From positions 18,847 to 82,846 of the forward strand of contig NZ_DATGOP010000102.1 of the NCBI RefSeq assembly GCF_035305885.1: a stretch of DNA of 64,000 nt, in the 5' to 3' direction. Source of the stretch: Pseudonocardia sp. (GTDB lineage: Bacteria > Actinomycetota > Actinomycetes > Mycobacteriales > Pseudonocardiaceae). Below, piece by piece: positions 28,335 to 36,816 of the stretch; the stretch's first letter is position 1, and each line of letters begins with the position of its first letter. The notes under the pieces are model-generated. The model did no database searches. It was not told where the DNA came from and saw only the letters and a list, made by a program, of their open reading frames with translations. Position numbers and translations under genes: made by a program.

Positions 28335-29319
28335 GTGCCGGAGGTCCTGTTCGGACGGGAGGAGTTCAACCCCGGCCTGCCGTGGACGCGGCTGCAACCG
28401 CTGCTTCCCGGGTGGCGGATCCGCGGCTGCCGGGCCGCGGAGCCGGCCGCGCACGTGGACGGCGCCGACGTGGTCTGCCCGTTCGGGGCGGAGGTCGGCG
28501 CCGAGGTGATCGCGCGCGGGCCGTTCGGGCTGATCCAGCAGTACGGCGTCGGGCTGGACCGGGTGGACGTGGACGCCGCCACCGAGGCGGGCGTCTGGGT
28601 CTGCCGGCTGCCTGGCGACCGGACCGGCAACGCCGACAGCGTGGCCGAGCTCGCGGTGCTGCACGTGCTCGCGCTGCCGCGCCGGCTCGACGACGCGCGG
28701 TCCGCGCTGGCAGCCGGGCGGTGGGGGCAGCCGGTGGGCCGGTCGCTGCTCGGCACGACCACCGTGCTGGTCGGCCTCGGCGTGATCGGCACGGCCGTGG
28801 CGCGCCGGCTCGCCGGGTTCGGCACGCGCCTGGTGGGGGTGCGGGCGCGGCCGGAGCTGGGCGGGCCGGAGCCGGTGGAGCGGGTGGTGGGGCCGGACGC
28901 GCTGCTCGACGTCCAAGCCGAGGCGGACGTCGTGGTCTGCTGCGCGATGGGCTCGCCCGAGACCGGGAACCTGTTCGACGCACGGGCGTTCGAGGCGGTC
29001 AAGCCGGGTGCCGTGTTCGTCAACGTGGCGCGCGGGAGCCTCGTCGACGAGCCCGCGCTGGTGGCCGCGCTCGACTCCGGGCGGGTCTGCGCGGCGGGCC
29101 TCGACGTGCACGCGGCCGAGCCGGCCGACCCCGCCGGCCCGTTGCTCACCCACCCCCGGGGTGCTGGCCACCCCACACGTCGCGGGCCTCACCGAGGAGA
29201 TGTTCCGGCGCAGCGGCGAGCTGTTCACGGACAACCTGCTCCGGTGGTGGGGCGGCGAGGGGCCGCGGTGGGCGGTGAACCGCCCCGCGGCGCAGCGCCG
29301 GCCGGCGCGCCCCGCCTGA
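28335..29319 (+). pseudogene. D-isomer-specific 2-hydroxyacid dehydrogenase, frame broken at a C5G4 run
   Basis: GTG 28335. NAD motif VGLGVIGTAVARRL. The frame changes at 29153-29161: ...AGPLLTHP is in one frame and GVLATPHVAGLTEEMFRR (conserved C-terminus) is in the next. Removing one C restores THPGVLATPH. Confidence 0.75.
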
Positions 29320-29395
29320 CCCACCGGGTCACCGGGCCTCGCGGGTGTGAAGCGGATCTCCGTAGCGCGGCGTCGTGATCGTGAGCCTTCGCAAT

Positions 29396-29414
29396 TAAGG
29401 TGAGGCGGTCCTAA
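29396..29414. promoter_or_regulatory. possible IdeR/DtxR-type iron box
   Basis: TAAGGTGAGGCGGTCCTAA matches 14 of 19 positions of the remembered consensus TTAGGTTAGGCTAACCTAA. It lies 15 nt upstream of the ATG of a siderophore-type binding protein. Confidence 0.35.
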
Positions 29415-29428
29415 TCGATGGAGACCGC

Positions 29429-30397
29429 ATGCGACTGATCGGCCTGCTCCTCTGCGGCCTGCTGGCCGTCACGGCCTGCTCCACCCCGGCGCCCGAGCCC
29501 ACCGGCACCGGGGGCTGGTCGTACACCGACGACCTCGGCAACACCGTCACGCTCGACGAGCGTCCCACCCGCATCGCCGGGCTCACCGACGTCGTCGCAT
29601 CGCTGTGGAACTACGGGATCGAGCCCGTCGCCGCGTTCGGCTACACCGCCATCAGCCAGGACCAGCGCTTCGCAGGACGCGACCTGTCCGGCGTCACCGA
29701 GCTCGGCATGATGTACGGCCAGATCGACCTCGAGGCGCTCGCCGCGGCCGAGCCGGACCTGATCGTCACGCACGCCTACCCCGTCGACGCGGCCGGCACG
29801 ATCGACCCGCAGCAGCCGCTCTACGGCTTCGCCGACCTCGCCCAGCAGGAGGCGGTCGCCCGGATCGCCCCGATCGTGGCGATCACGATGGACGGCTCGG
29901 CGGTGCAGGTCATCGACCGCACCGCGCAGCTGGCGCTCGCCCTCGGCGCCGACCCGGCCGTGGTCACCGGCGCCCGCGCCGAGTACGACGCCGCGGCCGA
30001 CCGGCTGCGCGCCGCGGCGACGTCCGGGCTGCAGGTGCTCGTGGTGGCCGCCTACCCCGACGAGGGCTTCTACGTCGCGAAGGCGCCTGACGACCCGGCG
30101 CTCACGTCCTACGCCGACCTCGGCGTCAACTTCGTCGACCCGGGCGGCACCGACTACTACTGGGAAGTCGTGAGCTGGGAGAACGTCGGTTCGCTCCCGG
30201 CCGACGTCGTGCTCGAGTCGCAGCTCGACGAGATGACCGCGGAGCAGATCATCGCCCAGCCGACGTTCGCGCGGACCCCCGCCGGGCAGGCCCGCCAGGT
30301 CTACCCCTGGGTGTTCGCGAGCATGGACTACGCCGCGCAGGCCGCGTACATGAACGAGTTGGCCGGGCACCTGGAGTCCGCGCGCAAGGTGGCGTGA
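29429..30397 (+). CDS. ABC transporter substrate-binding lipoprotein (Fe-siderophore/cobalamin PBP family)
   Basis: 322 aa with lipobox LLAVTACS and TVTLDERPTRIAGL...EALAAAEPDLIV, typical of FecB/FhuD-like binding proteins. No cognate permease or ATPase is nearby. Confidence 0.8.
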   Translation: MRLIGLLLCGLLAVTACSTPAPEPTGTGGWSYTDDLGNTVTLDERPTRIAGLTDVVASLWNYGIEPVAAFGYTAISQDQRFAGRDLSGVTELGMMYGQIDLEALAAAEPDLIVTHAYPVDAAGTIDPQQPLYGFADLAQQEAVARIAPIVAITMDGSAVQVIDRTAQLALALGADPAVVTGARAEYDAAADRLRAAATSGLQVLVVAAYPDEGFYVAKAPDDPALTSYADLGVNFVDPGGTDYYWEVVSWENVGSLPADVVLESQLDEMTAEQIIAQPTFARTPAGQARQVYPWVFASMDYAAQAAYMNELAGHLESARKVA

Positions 30398-30474
30398 TCG
30401 GGCGCTCTCCGCGCTGATGCCGGTGACCGCCCTCCTGCGCCGTGCGGCGGTGGAGACCCGGGGAGGAGGCTCCC

Positions 30475-30999
30475 GTGGCCGACGACGTTCCCACCCTCTA
30501 CGAGTGGTGCGGCGGTTCCGCCGCGCTGCACCGCCTGACCGACGTCTTCTACGAGAAGGTGCTCGCCGACCCGGTGCTCGAACCGCTCTTCCGGAACATG
30601 AGCCCGGACCACCAGGACCACGTGGCCCGCTGGTTCGGCGAGGTGTTCCACGGCCCCACCGAGTACACCGACCAGCTCGGCGGCTACCCGGCGATGCTCG
30701 CCCACCACATCGGGCTCGCGATCACCGAGGAGCAGCGGGCGCGCTGGGCCCAGCTGATCGCGCAGAGCGCCGACGGGGCCGGACTGGCCGACGACCCGGA
30801 GTTCCGCTCGGCGTTCGTCACCTACGTCGAGTGGGGCACGCGGATCGCGAAGGCGAACTCGGCGCCGGGCGCCGACCCGCCCACCGACTACCCGACGCCG
30901 CGGTGGGGCTGGGGCGAGGCGCCGCCCCCACCCGCTGACCGCTTCAGGCGAGCGCCCGGCCGCCCGCGAGGAGCGCGACGGTCGGGTGGCGCAGGCTGA
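30475..30999 (+). CDS. truncated-hemoglobin-like (bacterial globin family) protein
   Basis: GTG 30475 follows RBS GGGAGGAGG. TLYEWCGGSAALHRLTDVFYEKVLADPVLEPLF..., with YPAMLAHHIG as the proximal-His region. The 3' end overlaps the convergent gene by 56 nt. Confidence 0.75.
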   Translation: MADDVPTLYEWCGGSAALHRLTDVFYEKVLADPVLEPLFRNMSPDHQDHVARWFGEVFHGPTEYTDQLGGYPAMLAHHIGLAITEEQRARWAQLIAQSADGAGLADDPEFRSAFVTYVEWGTRIAKANSAPGADPPTDYPTPRWGWGEAPPPPADRFRRAPGRPRGARRSGGAG

Positions 31000-32074
31000 A
31001 CCCGCCCGCCCCGCGGACGACGGCCTCCTTGACCGCCGCGGCGACGCGGCCGGTGAGCATCGGGCCGACCGGACTGCCCCCGCGGGCGTACTGGAAGAGG
31101 CCGTCCTTGCGCCCGAGGCTGATGCACTGGCCGTCGTACGCGACGGCCAGCTGCCGCGGGGTGCGGCCGGCCAGGCGGTCGGTGATCGCGCGGACCGCGC
31201 AGGCGCCGGCCAGCCCGCCGGGCCCGCAGCCCATGCGCATCTCGCGGCCTTCGGCGTCGCGGGCGGCGCCGGCGTCCCCGATCGCGTAGACCTCGGGGTG
31301 CGACACCGACCGCATCGTGCCGTCGACCAGGATGCGCCCGTTGTCCCCGACGGCGAGGCCCGCCTCGCGGGCCAACGGCGGCACCCGGAAGCCGGTGGTC
31401 CAGACGACCACGTCCGCGTCGACGCGCTCGCCCTGCTCGAGCAGCAGGCCGTCGGGGCCGACCTTCGCGACCGGCGCGTGCTCGTGCAGCCGGATCCCGA
31501 AGCGATCGAACGTGCGGTACAGGTGCTCCTGGCCGCGCTCGGACAGGGCAGGGCCCAGCCGGCCCGCGCTGACCAGCCGCACGGTCCGGTCCGGGTGGGA
31601 CTCGGCCAGCTCGGTGGCGACCTCGATGCCGGTGAGCCCGCCGCCGACCACGGCGACCGTCGAGGCGGCGCGCATCCGGTCCTGCAGCTGCACGGCCCGC
31701 TCGGCGTCGGCCACGGCGACGGCGTGCTCGGCCGCACCGGGGACGGCGTCCAGGTCGGCGGTGCTGCCCAGCGCGTACACCAGGAGGTCGTAGCCGATCG
31801 GCTCGGCCCCGCTCGCGAGCTCCACCTCCCGCCGGTCCGGATCGATCCGGGTGACCCGGTCCACGACGAGCCGGATGCCGGTGCCCGCGACCAGGTCGCG
31901 TAGCGGCGTGCCGCGCACCGGCTGCCCGGCGGCGAGCTGGTGGTTGCGCATCCGCTCCACGAACCGGTCCCTGTCGTTGACGAGCGTGACGGGGGCGCGC
32001 CTGGCGAGGAGCTTCGCGGCGGTGAGGCCGGTGTAGCCGGCGCCGAGGACGACGATGTGCGGTGTCGGTGTCAT
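30944..32074 (-). CDS. NAD(P)/FAD-dependent oxidoreductase (type II NADH dehydrogenase-like)
   Basis: ATG 32074. MTPTPHIVVLGAGYTGLTAAKLL (GxGxxG), a second Rossmann motif VAVVGGGLTGIEVATEL, and VYAIGDAG. Confidence 0.85.
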   Translation of the reverse strand: MTPTPHIVVLGAGYTGLTAAKLLARRAPVTLVNDRDRFVERMRNHQLAAGQPVRGTPLRDLVAGTGIRLVVDRVTRIDPDRREVELASGAEPIGYDLLVYALGSTADLDAVPGAAEHAVAVADAERAVQLQDRMRAASTVAVVGGGLTGIEVATELAESHPDRTVRLVSAGRLGPALSERGQEHLYRTFDRFGIRLHEHAPVAKVGPDGLLLEQGERVDADVVVWTTGFRVPPLAREAGLAVGDNGRILVDGTMRSVSHPEVYAIGDAGAARDAEGREMRMGCGPGGLAGACAVRAITDRLAGRTPRQLAVAYDGQCISLGRKDGLFQYARGGSPVGPMLTGRVAAAVKEAVVRGAGGFSLRHPTVALLAGGRALA

Positions 32075-32108
32075 GCCCACGAGACGCCCGCGCCGCCACT
32101 CGTGTGAC

Positions 32109-32122
32109 GTGACGCGCGTCAC
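32109..32122. promoter_or_regulatory. perfect 14-nt palindrome upstream of the NDH-2-like gene
   Basis: GTGACGCGCGTCAC, preceded by a further GTGAC. It lies 35-48 nt upstream of the ATG at 32074. Confidence 0.3.
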
Positions 32123-32230
32123 CCCCGCTTGCGCCTCGAGGACGCGCACCCCGCCCGCGGTCGGCACCTCCCGCCGGAGCCGGCACCCCGCGGCGCCGAG
32201 CAGGGCGGGCTCGGCCGCGGTGCGCGGACC

Positions 32231-32290
32231 GCCGGCGAGTCGCGCTTCGGGTGCGCGCGAGTCGCGGGCTCGATGTCGGCGAGTCGTCAG
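32231..32290. repeat. cluster of GGCGAGTCGCG(GGCT) motifs
   Basis: CCGGCGAGTCGCG...GTGCGCGCGAGTCGCGGGCTC...GGCGAGTCG. About 40 nt are colinear with 14851-14890, and GCGCGAGTCGCGGGCTC is identical at both loci. Confidence 0.45.
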
Positions 32291-32524
32291 CAGCCACCCT
32301 GGTGTGGCGCAGGTTCGAGGTACCGGCCGCGAGCTGCTGCGCGATCCGCACCAGCGCCGAGGTGTCGTCACCGATGACCCGGCCGATCGCCCGCACCTTC
32401 CGCGGAACCCGCCTCCTGGCGGCGCCGCACGCGAACCGGGCAGGCCTCTCCGGCGAGGTCGCACGGCAGGTTCCGCGGAACCGAAACGGGAGGCCGCTTC
32501 CGGTCGGCGCTTCGCCGGCTGCGC

Positions 32525-33520
32525 TCAGAACCCGCCGATGGCCGCCGTGGCCTCCTCCAGCTCCGGGAGGAAGGCGAGCGTGGCGGCGGTGCGGGCGCGG
32601 AGATCGCCCGGGCCGCGCACGCCGACCAGCTCGGCGAGCGCGGCCGAGAAGTCGGGGGCGTCCGGGCGGTCGCCGAGGATCCGCTCGCAACGGGCGAACG
32701 TGGCGACGATCCAGAACACCGCCTCGCGGTGGTCCCCGGCGGCGACGAGCGCGCGGCTGCCGTCGATCGCGACGGGCCGCGCCTGCGCGCTGATGTCCGA
32801 CGCGAAGGGGAACCGGGTCGGCCCGACCGCGGCGGCCTCGTCGAAGACCACGGCCAGCCGGTCGAGGTGGCCGACCACCACCTCGGCATCGACGTCCGCG
32901 CACCCGAGCAGCCCCAGCATCCGGGCGTAGAGGCCGGACTCCTCACCGAGGACGGCGCGGGCACGCCGGTACCGCGTCCGGACGGTCGGCCGTTCGCCCG
33001 CCGCGACGAGCACCGCGACCGCCACGAGGCTCGCCGGGAACAGCCAGGCCAGCACCTGCTGCGGCCACGGCGCCGCCTCGTCGCGGGCGGCGAGGCGCGT
33101 GCGCACCGCGGCGAGCACGTCCGCGACCCGCTTTCGCACGGCGGCGGGCGACCGGAAGGTCGGCGCGATGTGGGCGCGGAGCCCGCCCAGCAGCCCTGTC
33201 GGGTCGGAGAGGATCGCGTCCGGGCCGGCGAACGACGGGGCGAGGTAGTGGGTGGCCGCCACCTTCTCCGGGTCGGCGAGGGCCGACACCGGCAGGTAGG
33301 TGACGTCCAGCAGCGCCCCGCGGTGGCGGATCTTGCCCGGCTTCGGCGGCGCGACCGGCCCGGCGAGCAGAACCGTGACGTCGACGTCCGACCACGCGGG
33401 CTGCACCTCGTCGAGCGACCGGTCCGCGGCGGACCCGGTGAGGAACGCCCCGCGGAAGCCCGGCCCGGCGTGGTGGCGCACCCAGTGCAGCGCGGCGGCC
33501 CGCGCCTGTCCCGCGAGCAC
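32525..33520 (-). CDS. nucleotidyltransferase (Pol-beta fold) domain protein
   Basis: GTG 33520 is 2 nt after the prs stop. FLTGSAADRSLDEVQPAWSDVDVTVLL matches the G-S...D-x-D NTase motif. About 331 aa; the rest is unassigned. Confidence 0.65.
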   Translation of the reverse strand: MLAGQARAAALHWVRHHAGPGFRGAFLTGSAADRSLDEVQPAWSDVDVTVLLAGPVAPPKPGKIRHRGALLDVTYLPVSALADPEKVAATHYLAPSFAGPDAILSDPTGLLGGLRAHIAPTFRSPAAVRKRVADVLAAVRTRLAARDEAAPWPQQVLAWLFPASLVAVAVLVAAGERPTVRTRYRRARAVLGEESGLYARMLGLLGCADVDAEVVVGHLDRLAVVFDEAAAVGPTRFPFASDISAQARPVAIDGSRALVAAGDHREAVFWIVATFARCERILGDRPDAPDFSAALAELVGVRGPGDLRARTAATLAFLPELEEATAAIGGF

Positions 33521-33522
33521 CC

Positions 33523-34470
33523 TCAGTGCTGCTCGTCGAACAGCACGCTCACCGACTCGCCGTTGTGGATCCGCCGCATCGCCTCGGCGAGCGCGGGGGC
33601 GACCGAGAGCACGGTGAGCTTCGGGGCCTGGTCGGCACCCGGTACCGGCACCGTGTTGGTGCAGACGATCTCGGTGACGTCGTCGCGCTTGCCGATCCGC
33701 TCCAGCGCCCCGTCGGCGAACAGCCCGTGGGTGCAGGCCACCCGGGCCGAGGCGATGTCGTGCTCGGCGAGCCGGTCGAGCAGCTCGATGATCGTGCTGC
33801 CGCGGGCGATCTCGTCGTCGAGCACGACGACGTCCTTGCCGCGCACGTCGCCGATGATCGAGCTGATCACGACCTTGTCGTCGGAGATCCGCTCCTTCGC
33901 GCCCGCCGCGACGGGCAGGCCGAGCAGGCGGGCGAAGCGCGAGGCCTCCTTGGCGTTGCCGAGGTCGGGCGACACGACGACGGTGTTGGACAGGTCGCCC
34001 TTGCGGAAGTGGCGGGCCAACTCGTGCAGGGCGTGCAGGTGGTCGACCGGCACGCCGAAGAACCCGTGGACCTGCGGCGAGTGCAGCGTCATCGTCAGCA
34101 CCCGGTTGGCTCCCGCGGTCTGCAGCAGGTCGGCCATCAGCCGGGCGCCGATCGAGATCCGCGGCGCCCCCTTCTTGTCCGAGCGGGCGTAGGCGAAGTG
34201 CGGCATCACCACGGTGATCCGGGCCGCGGACGCACCCCGCGCCGCGTCGAGCATCAGCAGCAGCTCGACCAGGTGCTCCTGCACCGGCGGGCACAGCGGC
34301 TGGACGATGAACACGTCCCGCTCGCGGCAGTTGGCCAGGAGCTGGACCTCCAGGCAGTCGTTGGCGAACCGGGTGACCCGCGAGGGCGCGAGCGGCACCT
34401 CCAGGTGGTGGCAGATCGCCGCGGCCAGCTCCCGGTGGGCCGAGCCACTGAAGATCGTGATCTCCCTCAT
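33523..34470 (-). CDS. prs: ribose-phosphate diphosphokinase (PRPP synthetase)
   Basis: 315 aa, MREITIFSGSAHRELA..., with VMPHFAYARSDKK, VVVSPDLGNAKEA, VLDDEIARGSTI (PRPP loop) and MRRIHNGESVSVLF. ATGA overlap with idi. Confidence 0.9.
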   Translation of the reverse strand: MREITIFSGSAHRELAAAICHHLEVPLAPSRVTRFANDCLEVQLLANCRERDVFIVQPLCPPVQEHLVELLLMLDAARGASAARITVVMPHFAYARSDKKGAPRISIGARLMADLLQTAGANRVLTMTLHSPQVHGFFGVPVDHLHALHELARHFRKGDLSNTVVVSPDLGNAKEASRFARLLGLPVAAGAKERISDDKVVISSIIGDVRGKDVVVLDDEIARGSTIIELLDRLAEHDIASARVACTHGLFADGALERIGKRDDVTEIVCTNTVPVPGADQAPKLTVLSVAPALAEAMRRIHNGESVSVLFDEQH

Positions 34471-35027
34471 GGCATCCCCCAGTCGGCGCGCCGGGCGTCC
34501 AGCAGCGGGGCCTGCAGCTGGGCCCATGGCGAGAGCTCACCCGCCGCGGCCGCCGCCACGAACGCGTCCCAGCTCCACCACTCCACGGACTCGACCTCGT
34601 CCGGCCGGGCCCGCGGCTCCCCCACCAGCGTGCACACGTAGACCGGGCACAGCTCGTTCTCCTCGATGCCCCCCGCCTGCGCGCGGTAGGCGAAGTCCGG
34701 CAGCACGAGCCGCAGGTCGACGGCGCCGAGGCCGAGCTCGTCGGCGAGCCGCCGCCGCACCGCGTCCTCCACCGCCTCCCCCGGGCCGGGGTGGCCGCAA
34801 CAGGTGTTGGTGCGCACGCCGGGGAACGTGGCCTTGTGCCGTGCCCTCCGCGTGACGAGCAGCCGACCGTCCCGGTCGAACCCGTAGCAGGAGAACGCGA
34901 GGTGCAGCGGGGTGGTGGCGCCGTGGACGGTGGCCTTGTCGGCGGTGCCGATGGCGCGCCCTTCGTCGTCGAGGAGCACGACCTGCTCGGGAGGGCTCAC
35001 GGGTCCACGGTAGACGATCCGTTGCAT
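34467..35027 (-). CDS. idi: isopentenyl-diphosphate delta-isomerase, type 1 (Nudix fold)
   Basis: HLAFSCYGFD..GRLLVTRRA..KATFPGVRTNTCCGHPGPGE (catalytic Cys) and GIEENELCPVY (catalytic Glu region). Start is ATG 35027 or GTG 35000. Confidence 0.9.
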   Translation of the reverse strand: MQRIVYRGPVSPPEQVVLLDDEGRAIGTADKATVHGATTPLHLAFSCYGFDRDGRLLVTRRARHKATFPGVRTNTCCGHPGPGEAVEDAVRRRLADELGLGAVDLRLVLPDFAYRAQAGGIEENELCPVYVCTLVGEPRARPDEVESVEWWSWDAFVAAAAAGELSPWAQLQAPLLDARRADWGMP

Positions 35028-35032
35028 TCATA

Positions 35033-35048
35033 CATACATGCATGTATG
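35033..35048. promoter_or_regulatory. perfect 16-nt AT-rich palindrome (TetR operator candidate)
   Basis: CATACATGCATGTATG lies in the 14-nt gap between the idi ATG (35027) and the TetR ATG (35042) and includes the TetR start codon. Confidence 0.5.
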
Positions 35049-35629
35049 AAAAGGGGGTGCGCCGAACCGCCGAGGACACCGCCGCCACCAGGGCCGCGCT
35101 CGTCGACGCCGCGCTGTTCGCCTTCGCCCGCGAGGGCATCGACCGGGCCACGCTCGCCGGCATCGCCGAGGCCGCCGGCGTCACCCGAGGCGCGGTCTAC
35201 CACCACTTCGCCGACAAGGAGGCGCTGCTCGCCGCCGTGTTCTCCGAGACGTGGGACGCCGTCGCCGCCCCGGTCTGGGCCGAGCTCGACGCGCCGGGGG
35301 TTCCGCTCGCGGACCGGCTCGAGGCGTTCGCGCTGGCCTGGCTCGACGCGCTGCACGACGATCCCCGGTTCACGGCGTTGATGGCGGTGAGCCTGCGCGC
35401 CGCGACCCCGCCGGAAGCGGTCACGCAGAAGGCAGCGGGCCTGCGCGTGTGGCGCGACCGGCTGCTCGACGCGCTGTCGGCCGACCCGCTCACCGACCCG
35501 GAACCGGCCGCGGCCCACCTGATGGCCTGGCTCACCGGCACCGCCCTGCTCGCCGCCCACGACCCCGCCCTCGTCCCCCCGGCCGACGCGGCGAGCGTGC
35601 GGCCCGTCCTCGCAGGGATGCTTCCGTGA
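35042..35629 (+). CDS. TetR/AcrR family transcriptional regulator
   Basis: 195 aa with HTH TRAALVDAALFAFAREGIDRATLAGIAEAAGVTRGAVYHHFADK. The stop overlaps the MFS GTG (GTGA). Confidence 0.85.
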   Translation: MYEKGVRRTAEDTAATRAALVDAALFAFAREGIDRATLAGIAEAAGVTRGAVYHHFADKEALLAAVFSETWDAVAAPVWAELDAPGVPLADRLEAFALAWLDALHDDPRFTALMAVSLRAATPPEAVTQKAAGLRVWRDRLLDALSADPLTDPEPAAAHLMAWLTGTALLAAHDPALVPPADAASVRPVLAGMLP

Positions 35630-36816
35630 CCCCCGCCACCCCGACCCGCCCGCGCGCCGCCGTCGCGGTCGTCGCCCTCGCCCTGGCCGTGGACATGTTC
35701 CTCTACGGCAGCCTCGTCCCGCTGCTGCCCGTGCTCCCCGCCGTCGCGGGGTCCTCGGGCGCGGCCGGTCTGCTCTTCGCGGCCTACGCCGTGGCGCTGC
35801 TCGTCGCGACGCCGGTCGTGGGCCGCTGGGTCGACCGCGCCGGCCCCCGCGGGCCACTGCTCGCGGGCCTCGTCGCGCTCGCCGTCGCCACGGCGCTGTT
35901 CGCGGTCGTGGTCGACGTACCCGGCACGGCGGGGCTCGTCGCGCTCTCACTCGCCCGGGTCGCGCAGGGCCTCGCCGCGGCCGCGAGCTGGGCGGCCGGC
36001 CTCGCGCTGATCGCGAGCACCCACCCGCCCGAGCGGCGCGGCACCGTGATGGGGCTCGCGCTCTCGGCGGTCGGGGTCGGCGTGCTGCTCGGGCCCGCCG
36101 TCTCGGGCGTGCTGGCCGACGCGTTCGGGCCCCGGGCGCCGTTCGTGCTCGTCGCGGTGCTGGCCGCGGCCGACGCGGTGGCACGGATCATCTGGGTCGG
36201 GCCCACCGCCGGCGCGCCGGGGTCCACCCCGCTGCGGGTGGTCGCACACGGGCCGCGGGCCGGGCTGATGATCGGGCTCACCGCGCTGGGGGCGGCCGCG
36301 ATCGCGTTCGCCGAGCCGGTGCTGCCGCTGCACCTGGCCGTGCTCGGGCTCGGGTCCACCGCCATCGGGCTGGTCTTCGGCGCCGCCGCGCTGCTCGGCG
36401 GCCTCGCCGCGCCGCTCGCCGGGATCATGACCGACCGGATCGGCGCCGGGCGGATGGCCGCGCTCGGCACGTTCGTGGCGGCCGCCGGGTTCGTGCTCTG
36501 CGGGCTGCCCGTCGCCGCCGGGTCGATCGCGGGCGTGCTCCTGGTCGGCGTCGGCGCCCAGCTCGTGCTCGCGCCCACCCTCGTGCTGATCGGGACGCTG
36601 GCCGAGCACATCCGCCCGCCCGCCTACGGGGCGGCGTACGCCCTGTACAACCTGGCCTACACGGCGGGGCTCGCCGTCGCCCCGCTCGCCGCGGGCACCG
36701 CGGCCGCGCTCGCCGGTGTCGCGGCCACGACGATCGCCGCCGCGGTCGTCTCCGCGGCCACCGGGATCTGGCTGCTGCGGCCGCGCTACCGCAGCTCGGA
36801 GGAGCGCTTGTCGTAG
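35626..36816 (+). CDS. MFS transporter
   Basis: About 396 aa, 12-TM-like, with the MFS loop motif VGRWVDRAGPRGPL. Confidence 0.85.
   Translation: MTPATPTRPRAAVAVVALALAVDMFLYGSLVPLLPVLPAVAGSSGAAGLLFAAYAVALLVATPVVGRWVDRAGPRGPLLAGLVALAVATALFAVVVDVPGTAGLVALSLARVAQGLAAAASWAAGLALIASTHPPERRGTVMGLALSAVGVGVLLGPAVSGVLADAFGPRAPFVLVAVLAAADAVARIIWVGPTAGAPGSTPLRVVAHGPRAGLMIGLTALGAAAIAFAEPVLPLHLAVLGLGSTAIGLVFGAAALLGGLAAPLAGIMTDRIGAGRMAALGTFVAAAGFVLCGLPVAAGSIAGVLLVGVGAQLVLAPTLVLIGTLAEHIRPPAYGAAYALYNLAYTAGLAVAPLAAGTAAALAGVAATTIAAAVVSAATGIWLLRPRYRSSEERLS

Noticed and set aside
32075-32464. N-terminal 130-aa extension of the NDH-2-like ORF (30944..32464)
   Set aside because: The extension is Arg-rich, whereas the Rossmann GxGxxG should sit at the extreme N-terminus, as it does from ATG 32074.
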